Shown: positions 1 through 12,780 of the stretch, in pieces
How positions within the stretch are numbered: the stretch's first letter is position 1
Layout: every line of letters starts with the position of its first letter
Assembly (NCBI GenBank): GCA_951406725.2
Contig: OX597814.1
Coordinates: forward strand, 141,546,001-141,610,000
Direction of reading: 5' to 3'
Origin: Octopus vulgaris
Lineage: Eukaryota
DNA: 64,000 nucleotides
Made by a program: the position numbers and the translations under genes
The notes under the pieces: model-generated
The model's input: the letters and a program-made list of their open reading frames with translations, nothing else
The model's database searches: none
What the model was told of the DNA's origin: nothing

Positions 1-14
1 ATACCTAAGGTTAC

Positions 15-23
15 GTAGTAGTC

Positions 24-72
<49 letters not shown>

Positions 73-89
73 CGGCAGCAGCAGCAGTA

Positions 90-148
<59 letters not shown>

Positions 149-182
149 GTTGTAGTAGTAGTAGTAGTAGTAGTAGTAGTAA

Positions 183-232
<50 letters not shown>
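15..232. repeat. Compound (TAG)n/(TAT)n microsatellite
   Basis: Directly visible trinucleotide runs. Confidence 0.97.
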
Positions 233-238
233 TCTGCC

Positions 239-1450
239 TTGTCAACGAGAAGAACAGTCTGGGATGGTAAAACAAAAATAGTGATGACAATTAACAAGAG
301 ATTAAACCCCAAAAGCGATACTGACAGGTTGTATGCGCCCAGGAACAGAGGAGGAAGAGGTCTCATGGGATGCAAGATATGTGTTGTTAATGAGAAGAAC
401 AGTCTGGGATGGTATATCAGACAGCAGAGTGAACCCTTGCTTGCCGTTGTTAGAATTAACAATATAATACCTACCGAAAATGTGGTGCACCCACAAGCAT
501 TTAAGAAGCAAGATTTAGAAGAAAGAATAAACAATTAGAAAACGAAATCACTGCATGGGCAATACCTCAGAGAAATCGAAGGAAAAGACAAGGTCAACAC
601 TTGGAGATGGCTAAGAAAAAGTCATTTGAAAGGATGCACTGAGGCATTGATATGCAGCGCTCGGGAACAAGCTCTGAGAACTAATTACACCAAGTTCCAA
701 ATAGATAAGAACAGTGAATCGCCCCGTTGTAGGATGTGTAACAGCAGAAGTGAAACAACCTCACATATTGTGAGTGAGTGTAGCAAGGTGGCCCCAAAAC
801 ACTACAAAAAGACGCACGATAACGTGTCTAAGTCCATCCACTGGGGGCTATGTGAAAAGTACGGCCTGAACAGTGCACGAAAATAGTACGAACACGAACC
901 AGAAGGAGTATCTGAGAACAACGAACATAAGATAATGTGAGATTTTGCAATCCAATGTAATTACCTAATCGATGCTCGGAGGCCAGATATTGTTGTGGTA
1001 AATAAAGGGGAAAAGGAAACCAAGATTATAGATATTGCAATACCTGGGGATGCACGCGTAAGTGACAAAGAACTAGAAAAGATTGAAAAGTATAGACTAC
1101 TAAAAGACGAAATTGCAAGAATGTGGACTATGAGGAGAGTATCTGTCAGTTCAATAGTTGTAGAAGCACTCGGAGCACTAACAGCCAAGTTCGAGAAATA
1201 TGTCAGAGAAATTTGAATTGACATGAGAACAGTGCATACCCCAAAAATGCTCTAAGGACAGCTGGGATTTTGAAATTGGTACTTGGGTGTTGAATGTCTT
1301 CTATCATAATTAACAACTAAGTATCAAAGCTTATAATGTGTGGAAAGTGACCCTGTGAGACCTCTGACAGCAGGCTGCTGTCCACTATCAGAGAATCTAC
1401 CAGAGCTGACAAAACCGAGCGCTCTGAGAAGTAAGACAACAACAACAATG
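239..1450 (+). mobile_element. 5'-truncated, degenerate R4/Dong-type non-LTR retrotransposon (post-RT region, CCHC knuckle, restriction-like endonuclease, 3' UTR)
   Basis: Frames give DRLYAPRNRGGRGL, CRMCNSRSETTSHIVSEC (CCHC) and RRPDIVVV...IIDIAIP...KELEKIEKY (PD-(D/E)xK). Several stops; ends in a (CAA)n tail. Confidence 0.9.
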
Positions 1451-1519
1451 ATAAGTTCAAGAAAATAGTGAATGGATGCATGGAAAAATGAATTAATGAT
1501 TGAGTGAATGAATAAATAT

Positions 1520-1965
1520 TCCCATCGTGGCTGAGGATCAGGGGCTTCAAACACAACCCCTTCGTTGACTTTTATGTTCTCTTCAGGATGAATAAAGTTG
1601 ATGCGTCCCAAACTCTTTTCCGAGCCAATTTACTGTCTCTTCGCAGGCCCTCGAAAGTCGCGAGTATTTATGCTTGGAGCTGTCCTCCCAGCTTGGTTGC
1701 CTTCTAAGGCTGCAGATCCCAGGCCTGGGTGGTCTGGGATCGGCAGCCCAAATATATAGCCTGTGTATCTATCGAGAGTGGTCCTTGCTGTTGGACACGC
1801 TAAGTCCCTTCACTATTGCTAATTAGTCATTGAACCTTTCTTGAGTTCATACGTGTTTTTGATAGGCGCTGTTTTTACCCTGATGGGTTTCTAGCAATCC
1901 CTTGCACTAAGCAAGCCAACGACCCGACCCTGTAACGGGCTGTATCAGACCATGTGTTAGCAGTA
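1520..1965 (-). mobile_element. Probable 5' UTR/N-terminal fragment of a non-LTR element (RTE- or R4-like)
   Basis: GC-richer island with a strong hairpin (1708-1748) followed on the minus strand by AAGGCAACC, resembling LINE 5' leaders; no recognisable domain. Confidence 0.35.
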
Positions 1966-1995
1966 GCACTCATGACCGTCCAGATATAAAGGATA

Positions 1996-2360
1996 TCTTT
2001 TACCTTTTACTTCCTTCAGTCATTAGAATGCGGCCCTGCTGGGGCACCGCCATGAAGAATTTTTAGTTGAATGAATCGACTCCAGTTCTTATTTTCTTTA
2101 AGCCTGTTACTTATTCTATCGGTCGTTTCACCGAAGCGCTACGTTACGGAGAGATAAACAGACCAACACCGGTTGTCAAGCACACACACATATGACGGCT
2201 TTCTTTCAGGTTCCGTTTATCAAATCCACTCACAAGGCTTTGATGCCTTCTACTACAGCCCTAGGTTATAGAAAAAGATACTTTCCCAATGTGCCACGCT
2301 GTGGGGCCGAACCCAGAACCATGTGGCTGGCAAGCAAATTTCTTGTCACACAGCCACGAG
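1996..2360 (-). mobile_element. tRNA-derived SINE, family A
   Basis: Minus strand: tRNA-like head CGTGGCTGTGTG...GGTTCGGCCCC, CORE-like TTGGGAAAG block, tail GGCGGTGCCCCAGCAGGGCCGCA...GTAAAAG. Homologous to 32925, 47133, 48293 and 54070. Confidence 0.88.
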
Positions 2361-2744
2361 TAACAATATACAATATAAAAAAAAACTCTCAAAAACAAAA
2401 GAAAATAAAGACTGCAGTAACTGGTGATTTAAGTGTCAGTTTATGTGTTAGATAAGATAGCCCGGTGTTGAGAGAAAAGGCGTTTTATATTCCGAGTTAC
2501 GCCTTCGCCTGAAACCGAATACCATGTTATTACATTCCTTTAATTGAATAGTTCTGGCGTATCGTCATCGTCGTCGTCGTCGTCGTCACCATCATCATCA
2601 TCAACCATTGTCGTCATTATCAACATTATTATTATTTCATATATGCACAACATATTAGACTGTTCTACCATCGGGCTACAAGAAGTAAACTTAGATGTCA
2701 AAACCCTTCCTATGTATCCTAGATGTCCCTAATGATACTAGATT

Positions 2745-3257
2745 ATCATCGTGAAGATTGCCCCGCTGATTTTTTTTTTACCCGGGAAATACAGGTTGTC
2801 TTTATAATCCTGGTGGCCATGGCGAAAGAGGTTGTATGGTGGACGAGACTAAAGGAGCTGAAGACAAATACTTTTCTCCTTAGCCAATCCCTGATCACTT
2901 GAAGAGGAAAATAAGGATAGAGAAGGAAGTGTTGCCCTCTAGCCAGTTTGCTTGGAAGATGGATGTGAGTGACGAGAATGGTGCGAGTGAACGGACTTGC
3001 CCTGAGCATACAGCTGTAATTGGAGAAAAGGAAATGAGAAAAGGTACCTGTCCCAGACGTCAGGGCACCCATGCTTTTATGGAGGTTTTCCATTAGCAGC
3101 CCCCGAACGTCTCCTCCATATTGAAATCTTTTCCCTCTTATGTTAAACTTCTTTACATGCAAAACTCTCACAATACACATTCACGGATATTCTTTATTTT
3201 ATCCTGTACCGTCTATAATGTTTTTTTAATGTAAATACTACGTAGTCACTAAAGAAA
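2745..3257 (+). mobile_element. 3' fragment of a Tx1/L1-type LINE
   Basis: Clearly homologous to 27960-28570 (..CCTGGTGGCCATGGCGAAA.., ..GAAGTGTTGCC.., same 3' UTR end). Confidence 0.8.
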
Positions 3258-3283
3258 TCATCATACTATTATTATTATTATTA

Positions 3284-3315
<32 letters not shown>

Positions 3316-3337
3316 CTTATTATTATTATTATTATTA

Positions 3338-3377
<40 letters not shown>

Positions 3378-3378
<1 letters not shown>

Positions 3379-3863
3379 GACTGAGAGAGCAGTGCATGCC
3401 ATCAAAGTGACACTGGGGTAAAATATACGAAGCCCAGTATACCCATCACGACTTCCCGTCTGATAAGGGTACATCAGGCACATGCATCACAACCATATGT
3501 GTACAACATGGTGATCTCATATCAAGATAAACAGCGTATGACCTAGCAGGTGGGACCCAGAATTTTCTTCTGGGCGAGTAACCCATCCCGCTCAAAAGGT
3601 CCCTGAATAAGGATTGTTTAAGGATGTTGAAGAAACCACCCATGTTTCCAGAGGTGAATTATCCAAACCCCAAAGAATTCCTTTCAGCGCACAGCTATGA
3701 TGCTCCCCCATTACTTCTGCTCATGATCAGAGATGCACATATCATCAGCCTCTAAGGGACATGGTCAACTGGTTATGGTCAAACAACTAACTAGAAAATC
3801 TGAGGTGTGGAGCAGAATATTTGCTGTAGTCCACCTTTTATACCAAGACAAAACAATGTACAT
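3378..3863 (-). mobile_element. TAA-embedded non-coding repeat 'X', copy 1 (5'-truncated)
   Basis: Highly similar to the copies at 15098, 22239, 37168 and 41597; (ATT)n on both sides. Confidence 0.9.
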
Positions 3864-3888
3864 CATTATTATTACTATTATTATTATT

Positions 3889-6224
3889 CAGTAGTTTTAT
3901 TTTTATAGCGTGCTTTCACTTCACTACCGAGCGCAGCTCTGTGTGCCTTGGGTATGTGCTGTGATTTGTTGTGATGCTCTGATGGTTATTGTATGGAAAG
4001 TGTTCTGCGTAGGATGTGTGCAGTGCCTAGTAGTGCAATTTTCTGTATGTTATATGTGTTTGTAAGTCCTGGTGTTTTTGTTATGTATTTGTCTGAATAT
4101 TTTTTTATCATGCCTAATGCACCTACTATGATAGGAATTGTTTCTGTTTTCAGATTCCACATTCTGGTTACCTCTATTTCCAGGTCTTTGTATTTTGAGA
4201 GTTTCTCCATTTCTTTTAGAGACACGTTGTCATCAGCCGGTATTGATACATCAATTAGAAAGCATTTTTTTCTTCATGGTCTCTGACAACTATATCTGGT
4301 CTGTTGGCCTTAATTTCTCTATCTGTGTGTATCGGCATATCCCAGAGTATGGTTGCTTTCTCGTTTTCTGTGACCTTTTCTGGTGTGTGCCTATACCATC
4401 TTTTTTCTGTTGTTATTCCATAATGTTGGCATAGCTTCCAATGTATGTAGGTTCCAACTCTGTCATGTCTGTGAATATATTCCTTCTTAGCCAGGACTGG
4501 GCAGCTAGAGATAATATGATTTATTGTTTCTTGTCCATCTCCACATATTCTGCAGTTACTTGTAATATTTCTTTTCTTTACATGTTTTTGGTAATTTCTG
4601 GTGGGGAGGCTTTGGTCTTGTGCTGCAATTAAAAATCCCTCTGTTTCTGCTTTGAGTCCTGAGCTTCTCAACCATTGCTGGGATTTTTCTTTGTCTATTT
4701 CTTTTGCGTTTAGTTTAGTCCAGTATTTACCATGAAGGGGCTTTTCTTGCCATCGTTTTATCATGGTTCGTTGCTGTTCTATTTTTAGTTTGGATTTCAT
4801 TTGTTTTATAGCTTTTGTTGTTTCTTCATCTTCTTCTTCTTCTTCATGTTTATTAGGTGGTATGATTTCTTGTTTGTATTTGTCAGCTTCCTTAAATACT
4901 GAGAACAGTTTTTTGTTTTGCTCGTGTTTTGCCGCTATCTGGATCAGTTTTCCTTCCTTCTGAAGTAGATATTTTTGCAGTCCTATGGTGGTTATTTTAT
5001 AGTAGTTTTCCTTCTATACGTTGTATATATAGTCTTTCTATGTCAGATTTTGGGTGATGCATCCTAGATCCTGTCATTATTTTTCTTGTTTTCCTATCTA
5101 TTTTGGTCAGTTCATTTCGTGTCCAGTTAAGGATATTGTAGCTGTAACTTATAATTGGGACAGCTAAGGTGTTGATACCTATTATCTTGTTTTTAGCATT
5201 GAGCTCTGTGTTTAGTATTGATCTAACTCGTCTATAATATTCTTTTTTTATTTTCTCTTTCATTTGTGTGTGTTGTGTCTTATCTAGTTCATGGATTCCT
5301 AAGTATTTGTAAGTTTGGCTTTGGTCTAATTCTTTTATTTCATTGGTTTTATCTAGTGTGATGTTGTTACTCTTAACTAGTTTTCCTCTTTTCAGGGTTA
5401 CTTTGGCGCATTTTTCTAATCCAAATTTCATATCTATTTCTTTGGTAAATCCATGAACTGTCTTTAATAGTGTTTCCAGCTGTTTGTCATTTGCAGCGTA
5501 TAGTTTTAGGTCATCCATATATAAAAGGTGGCTGATCGTTTTGCCGTAACATTTATATCCGCATCCAGTTCTATTTAGCATATCAGATAGAGGTGACAGT
5601 GCCAAGCAGAAAAGGAGTGGAGAGAGCGTGTCTCCCTGGAATATTCCTTTTCTAATGGGGATGTCTTTGGTTTTCATGAGTCCCTCTTTTGTTTGGAGGT
5701 GTAGGACTGTTTGCCATTTATTCATAGAGTGCTCTATGAATTTTATGATTGTTGGTGCTACTTTGTTAATGGCTAGTGTTTCGAGGATCCATGTGTGGGG
5801 GATGCTATCAAACGCCTTTTTGTAGTCAATCCAGGCCATACTGAGGCCTTTCTTCTTTCTGTGGCTGTCTTCAGTTATGGCTTTATTAATCATTAGTTGA
5901 TCTTTACAGCCATATGAGCCTTTGCAGCATCCTTTCTGCTCTTCTGGGAACAGTTTGTTTTCGTCCAGGTGCTTGTTCAGCCTTTGTGATATCACTGCAG
6001 TAAATGCCTTGAACATAGTAGGGAGGCAGGTTATTGGTCTGTAGTTTTCTGGTTTTTCTGTTTCATTTGATTTGGGAATTAAGATGGTTTTCCCCTTCGT
6101 GAGCCATTCAGGCATTGTCTCTGGCTCTGCTAGTACGTTGTTAAAGTTTTCAGCCAGCTTTTTGTGCATTCCTGTTAGATATTTCAACCAGAAGTTGGGG
6201 ATCTTGTCATGCCCAGGTGCCTTC

Positions 6225-6225
<1 letters not shown>
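3889..6225 (-). mobile_element. R4/Dong-type non-LTR retrotransposon, 5'-truncated, fairly young (RT + CCHC + RLE)
   Basis: ORF 4997-6187 has KAPG, NYRPITCL, WIDYKKAFDS, GIFQGDTLSPLLF, YMDD. ORF 4255-4800 has CRICGDGQETINHIISSC, RHD, RPDIV. ORF 3986-4225 is the RLE end. Frame broken near 5010 (small deletion) and 4265 (homopolymer). (TAA)n at both ends. Confidence 0.96.
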
Positions 6226-6299
<74 letters not shown>

Positions 6300-6532
6300 T
6301 ATTATTATTGCTGTTGTTGTTGTTGTTGTTGTTATTATTATTATTATTATTAATACTAATATTGTTGTTGTTGTTTAAAAAAAAATCTCACAGATTCAGA
6401 GGGAGAAAGTGGGAGAGAGAAGTTTGCCTGAACACGAACAAACATACAGATATTGAGTCACACTCATTTAAATATACAGTTCTTGTGTGCGCGTGTGCGT
6501 GGGCGTGTGTGTGTATGCGTGTGTATGCGTAT

Positions 6533-6581
<49 letters not shown>

Positions 6582-6648
6582 CAGCAGCAGCAGTGGTGGT
6601 GGTTGAGGTGTTGTTGCTGGTGGAGGTGATCGTCGTCGTCGTCGTCTT
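6226..6648. repeat. (ATT)n/(TTG)n/(GTA)n microsatellite cluster
   Basis: Visible runs; source of the poly-L/poly-Y/poly-V ORFs. Confidence 0.95.
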
Positions 6649-7845
6649 ATATATTTTGTGATTGTACATGATGAATTACTCTGTGTCCAGAAACTATGTA
6701 TAACTGCGGAAGTTAGATAAATAAATAAAAGATGCAGAGTTAAATAAATAAATAAATAAAATGAATAAAGAAATAAATATAAGTAGAGGTTAAATGAATA
6801 AAGGAATAGAGATGTCAGTATTAGTTGTCACACACTGACTGAAATACTACACGTTACAAACTCTCACAAACGCTGGATGTCATAGTATTCATGTCTGGCC
6901 AAATAATCGTATACTTCCGGTATGATGGGATTCCATCTTTTGATTTGCACACAAGATGACAGACATTGCAGTACAGTACAATAATAGATACATTATAATT
7001 GTTGCAAGGACCTTGCTAGTTGAAGCGATCTAATTTATATGACATCTAAGTTGAACTGCATCTGATCAAAAGGTGGCATGTTGAATTACAAATGTCTGTT
7101 TTGAGCGATATAGACGCCTAGATTGAAGGTCTGGTGTTTATTTTATTTTATTTTACTTCTGCGAACAGAATATCGATTTTCTAATGTTAAAATAGAACCG
7201 AATATAGCTTCTGTACACTTACATAGTTTGTTTGTGAAAATATTGAGTTTGCCAGGTGTTAAAAACATTATTCTATAATTCGTCAGTATAATCTAAAAGA
7301 CTCGCTGCATACAGATAAAGTTTTGCTCTTTCCAATGCAGGTTACATTTGTGTGTGAAAACATATTTAATAAAGTAAAGTACGGTTGACCTCCCTCCAAT
7401 CCACTGGTAAGGAAATACATCTTGGTAACATGGAATATGATTTTGATAATTCTTTTATGTATCTGTGTGATAGAAACATCCTCGACTCCCTTGCCCTTTT
7501 TCTAACATCCAGGACGTAACAACTGAAGCGAGAAAGGGATGCACCAGCACTCAGCTTGTTCAGACTTACAGCAGACTAGACAGGACCAGCATGAAATGAA
7601 GTAGATTCTGAATAAAGGATACAAAGCGCCCGCCCTCTCCAAGAATTAAAAATCCTTGACATTAGCCTGTATCTTATGATCACAAAGTCAAAGTTTAGAT
7701 TGCTGGAAAGAGGGAAATCAAGAAAGAGCCTAGCTTAAACGAGGTGAATCTTTGTTAGAATTATAAAATATCATTTGTAATAGTATTTGTGAGACAGTGG
7801 CCTTACGAACCATCGACTATTACCCCTAATGGTGTTTTCTGATTT

Positions 7846-8042
7846 ATGCACAAGGCCAGCAAATTTGAAAAGAAGAAGTAAGTCGATACTATCGTCCCAG
7901 TTCTTGACAGGCACTTTATTTTATCGACCCCCAACTGGATGAAATGTGATATTTGATCATGGCGGAATTTGAACTCAGAAATGTAAATAACCAGGACAGA
8001 AATTGCAAAGCACATTTTCCTACGTTCTGCCAATTCGCCATA
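7846..8042 (-). mobile_element. SINE family B copy
   Basis: Reverse complement of the motif TTCTGAGTTCAAATTCCGCC...GGGGTCGATAAAAT. Confidence 0.8.
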
Positions 8043-8310
8043 ATGATGAGAAAACTTCATTAGCTTAATTATTAAATTTGGTGAAGAAAAGTAAATTACA
8101 AATAATTACGAAAGCTAATATCTTTTCTGCATCACTACAAGTGTAATTTAAATTAATCACAGTATTTGGTGCACAGCATTAAGTACATTAACACACCTCC
8201 TACGATAAGATTTTTCTATGCAGTTCTTTCTCCTCCATATACTATTCTTATAAGTTTACCTGCCTGTCAAAGTTCGGTCGCTCAAAATTATAATACCTCT
8301 TTGTCATTTA

Positions 8311-8350
8311 GAATTTGGCAAGTACTAATATAACCGAAACGCGTCGAGTG
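8311..8350 (+). ncRNA. Decayed hammerhead-like motif (3' half intact)
   Basis: CGAAACGCGTC is a typical minimal-hammerhead GAAA / palindromic stem III / GUC, but the first core (TTGGCAA) and stems are degenerate. Confidence 0.3.
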
Positions 8351-8639
8351 TTGTTATTGTACCTACTGAGGATCTCAATCTACCATATTTATACTTAAAA
8401 AGGATTTTAAATTTCGAAGATGTCTCTGTTGATATTCCTCATTTTCGATTTTCTTAATTCACATTTAAAACATACTTTGTCATTTGTGCAAGTTTAATTA
8501 ATTAAATATCCCCCAACTACATTAAATAAATTATACCTTACTTAAGTGAATGTTGTTCATGTGAAAAGCGTCACTAAGTAACTTTTCCCCCAGTGATTTT
8601 TAATGTGGTTTACAGCTCTGCGTTCTAATTATTTCTTTA

Positions 8640-8910
8640 TAACATGTATGCACATATAACATGTATGAATGTATACGCATACATACATATGTTCATGTAT
8701 ATACATGTATGAATAAGTATATATACATATATATGCATATGCATATATATACATATATATATACGCACATATAAATACATGCATAAATATATACGCAAAT
8801 ATATATATATATATGCAAATACATACTCACACGCATACATACATACATACAATCATACATACATACATACATGCATACATACATACGTACTACCATGCAT
8901 ACATGCGTAC
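8640..8910. repeat. (TA)n/(CATA)n microsatellite
   Basis: Visible runs. Confidence 0.95.
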
Positions 8911-8914
8911 AAGT

Positions 8915-9140
8915 GCTTCGAAGCATTGAACTTCAAAATCCAGATTATAAATTCACATTTATAACGATAATGATTAGTGTACAAGGTTTTGTGAGTAAAT
9001 GCATAAGTGACAATCTGGAAAAGCTAAGGTTTTGAGGAAAAGAAATTATTCAAGTAACATAACAAATACAATAAGTAGGTGGAACAATAAAAATATACAA
9101 GACTTTCTCAAATTGAACGTGACATTGTTATCAATGTTCC
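8915..9140 (+). mobile_element. 3' fragment of an old RLE-type non-LTR element (same family as 10065-10880)
   Basis: Shares ATTATAAATTCACATTTATA...GGTTTTGTG...CAAGACTTT with 10620-10870. Confidence 0.75.
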
Positions 9141-9634
9141 AAAGAGGACTTCATATAATTTAAGATAGAAAAGGTCATTCAGCCATTCGCCCATCGATCC
9201 ATGCATACGTCCATCCATCCATACATACATACATGCATGCATACGTGCATACATTCATACATACGTACGTACATACATACATACATACATACATACATAC
9301 ATACATACATACATACATACATACATACATACATACAGCCTTCGAATGTCGCATAGACTCTCTCAGACAGCATTTGCTAAACAACAGCAGGAAAAAATAG
9401 ATACATTAACTTTGTGCTTGAAAGTGAAGAAAACAATATCTTATGTGTTTGGAAGTGAGCTCCCCAGGAAGTAATCTCTTCCTGGTGACCTCCCATACAA
9501 CCCCCAAAACAGCTAGACTAAGATATCTCGAAGAAATCCTGGATGTGAAACATTCCGCATACCAAAAAAATAAAACAAAACAAAACAACAACACGTGGGT
9601 ATGTTTCCCGATTCCTTAAAGATGACACTAGTAT

Positions 9635-10048
9635 TCTTTTCTACTCTAGGCACAAGGCCCGAAATGTTGGGGGAGCGGGGTCAGGCGATTAGATCGACTC
9701 CAGTTCGCAACTGATACTTAATTTATCAACCCCGAAAAGATGAAAAGCAAAGTCGACCTCGGCGGAATTTGAACTCAGAACGTAAAGACAGATGAAATAC
9801 TGCTAAGCATTTCGCCCGGCGTGCTAAGGTTTCTTATTTCTTTACTACCCACAAGGGGCTAAACATAGAGGGGACAAACAAGGACAGACAAACGGATTAA
9901 GTCGATTATATCGACCCCAGTGTGTAACTAGTACTTGATTTATCGACCTCGAAAGGATGAAAGGCAAAGTCGACCTCGGCGGAATTTGAACTCAGAACGT
10001 AATGGCATTTCGCCCGCCCTGCAAACGTTTCTGCCAGCTCGCCGTCTT
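9635..10048 (-). mobile_element. Two tandem/nested SINE family B copies
   Basis: Motif GTCGACCTCGGCGGAATTTGAACTCAGAACGTAA occurs twice (about 9752 and 9969). Confidence 0.9.
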
Positions 10049-10064
10049 AAAGTTAACACTAGTA

Positions 10065-10880
10065 TTGACAGGAAACGAAGCCTCCCTTGGGCTCGTGACC
10101 ACTACTTCATATCACACTTTGAAAGCTATGTATTTGTAATCCATGAACATGAGATTGCTACAAAATACCTTATCAACAAAAGAGACAATGAAACCGTTGG
10201 ATGTTCAAGATGCAACGGAAAATGTAGATGGTGTCAAATTTTTGTGGAAGACATCACACGTGATTAGTAGCTGTCCCAAAATGTCATCAAGATTCTACTT
10301 CCCTATGCTATAAAACGATGGCGTATAAACAATACGCAATACTATTCAGAAAAAGGACTGTCTTGATATAAATATAGAGAATCCCCTGTAATTGAATATA
10401 TTCATAAACATCAGCACAAAGAATACTGGTGGAACAATCCCATCAAAATATCTGTCAAGTTTAAGTATAACAGGCTAAATATTATTGTTTGAGAAAGACA
10501 AGAAAAAGTAAATACTGCCACTGAGGTCAACAGTCCTGCTGATGTGAATATTTCTTTGAAATCAAAGAAAATGAAGATAACTATGGACAACTGCCTCGAA
10601 ACTTCCAGCTTCTAAATCTATATTATAAATTCACATTTATACCAATAATAGTTGGTGTACTTGGTTTTGTGTGTAATAACAATAATAATAAAGCGTATGT
10701 TTTTGTTGTTATTTATCGTGGTTTCCGCTCGTTTCTTTTCCCATTTTTTTGGATATGCTAGGGTTTCCAAATAAGGAAATCAAACAACTAACTCGCACAT
10801 TACAAATACAACCTGTAAGTGGACTATTGAAAATATGCAAGACTTTTCTCAAGTTTAAAATGCGACAAGGTTTTTATTAT
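10065..10880 (+). mobile_element. Degenerate RLE-type (R4/Dong-like) non-LTR 3' part
   Basis: Across frameshifts: KCRWCQIFVEDIT-HVISSCPKM (CCHC), EYWWNNPIKISVK..NR, EVNSPADVNI, NYG, YKFTFIPIIVGVLG (RLE). Confidence 0.82.
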
Positions 10881-10990
10881 CTACAATCCAATGATAGAGC
10901 TCTGTATCTTTGTTAGAAACTAGATCCTTCCTAAGAGGAAGAATCTAAATAATTAAAAACGAAGAGAACACACACACACACACACACATA

Positions 10991-12226
10991 CAGGAGTTGA
11001 ACAAAACGATTGGAACACGTGTTAAATTCAATGAATATTTAATATGGAGTTGGCCATCCTTTAGCTTACTGAACAGCTTCGATGTATCTAGGAATTGAAT
11101 CATACAATTTCCTGACTTCATTGAGAGGAATCTTGAGCCATTCTTCCTACAAAACATGCTCCAGCTGTTGCAGACACGACAGTGGAGGATAACGACTTCT
11201 AACTTGTCGTTCCGAGATGTACCACAGATGCTCAATAATATTAAGATCTGCAGATTGAGGCGGGAGCATTCCCTGTGTTGTAGCTCACTATTATACTCTT
11301 CATATCAATTCTTAACCACCTGAGCGGTGTGTAATGGGGCATTGTCATCTTGGAAGCTGCACTCACCAACCGTGGGAAGGACTTGATTTCCCAAAATATT
11401 CAGATAAGTATTGCTGTTGATCCTATCATGCAGAGCAACGATTGGACCAAGAGAATTCCAAGAAATGGCTGCCCAACCCATCACAGTCTCTCCTCGGTAC
11501 ATCACTGTAGGAAAAAGTCAGTCAGGATTAAAAGATGCCTCCACACATAAACTCGCCCAGCAGTGGGGAAAAGAGAAAAACTGGACTCGTCGGAGAATAT
11601 TACTTACTTCCATTGGACAGCTGACCATCCCTTGTGATCTCTACACCAGTTCAGCCTTTTCTGAATGTTTTGATGCAAAAGCAGAGGTTTCCTGATGGCG
11701 GCTCTTCCATGATATCCAGCTTTATTGAACTCACGGCAAACAGTTTTGGTCGAAACTGGGCTAGTCTGATGTTGATTCAACTCTGTGGATACTTAGGAGC
11801 AGTTGTCCGGTGGTTTTTCATCACAATGCGATTCAACATTCGTTGGTCTCTTCCAGTGAGCTTCAAAGTCCTGCTGGAATTACTCCTCCTACTGGAGGTT
11901 TTGCCATGATTCTCAAATTCAGTCATGATCCTTGATATGGTAGCTCCCGAAAAACCAAGGGGTTCAACTGCTCTGATGACGGAAGGTCCTGCCATTCGAG
12001 CTCCAACAGTTTGCCCTTTTTCAAATTTAGTGTGGTCACGCATTTTAGCTTAATTTATATTACGATCTGAAAAAGAGATAGAAATAATCATTAAATTAGA
12101 CAAATAAAACCATCTACAAAACAAAAAAGAAACACTCAATGAAATTTGGATGGATATTCGTAATATAAAGGCTCATTGAAATATTGGAGTTAAATTTCTA
12201 CTGTTCTAATTATTTTGTCCAACCCA
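10991..12226 (-). mobile_element. Tc1-family DNA transposon, degenerate, both TIRs present
   Basis: N-terminal HTH (FEKGQTVGARMAG..SGATISR) and DDE part (VMGWAAIS..FQDDNAPLH). Imperfect TIRs CAGGAGTTGAACAAAACGATTGGAACAC and reverse complement of 12200-12226. Confidence 0.9.
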
Positions 12227-12240
12227 GAAAAGTCAGGATA

Positions 12241-12333
<93 letters not shown>

Positions 12334-12406
12334 CTGTGTCTGTGTGTGTGTGTGTATCTATGTATCTATGCATGTATATATTTATACATATATGTATGTA
12401 TGTATG

Positions 12407-12448
<42 letters not shown>

Positions 12449-12669
12449 ATATATACATACATATATGTAATATATATATACATACATACTTATATATATA
12501 CATTCATGTAATATATATATTCATACATACATATATACATATATGAGTATGCAAATTATATATATATATATATACGTAAATATATATATATACATACATA
12601 CAAATATACATACATATATATATACATACATATATATATACACATACATATATATATACATACATAGAT

Positions 12670-12733
<64 letters not shown>

Positions 12734-12735
12734 GC

Positions 12736-12767
<32 letters not shown>

Positions 12768-12780
12768 GCATATACATACA
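12241..12780. repeat. (TA)n/(TG)n/(TATG)n block bracketed by a 15-bp inverted repeat
   Basis: AAAAGTCAGGATATG at 12228-12242 and CATATCCTGACTTTT at 12779-12793. Confidence 0.9.

Noticed and set aside
2470-2525. Hairpin AAGGCGT/ACGCCTT followed by GAAACCG
   Set aside because: First core and stem I do not fit a hammerhead; single copy
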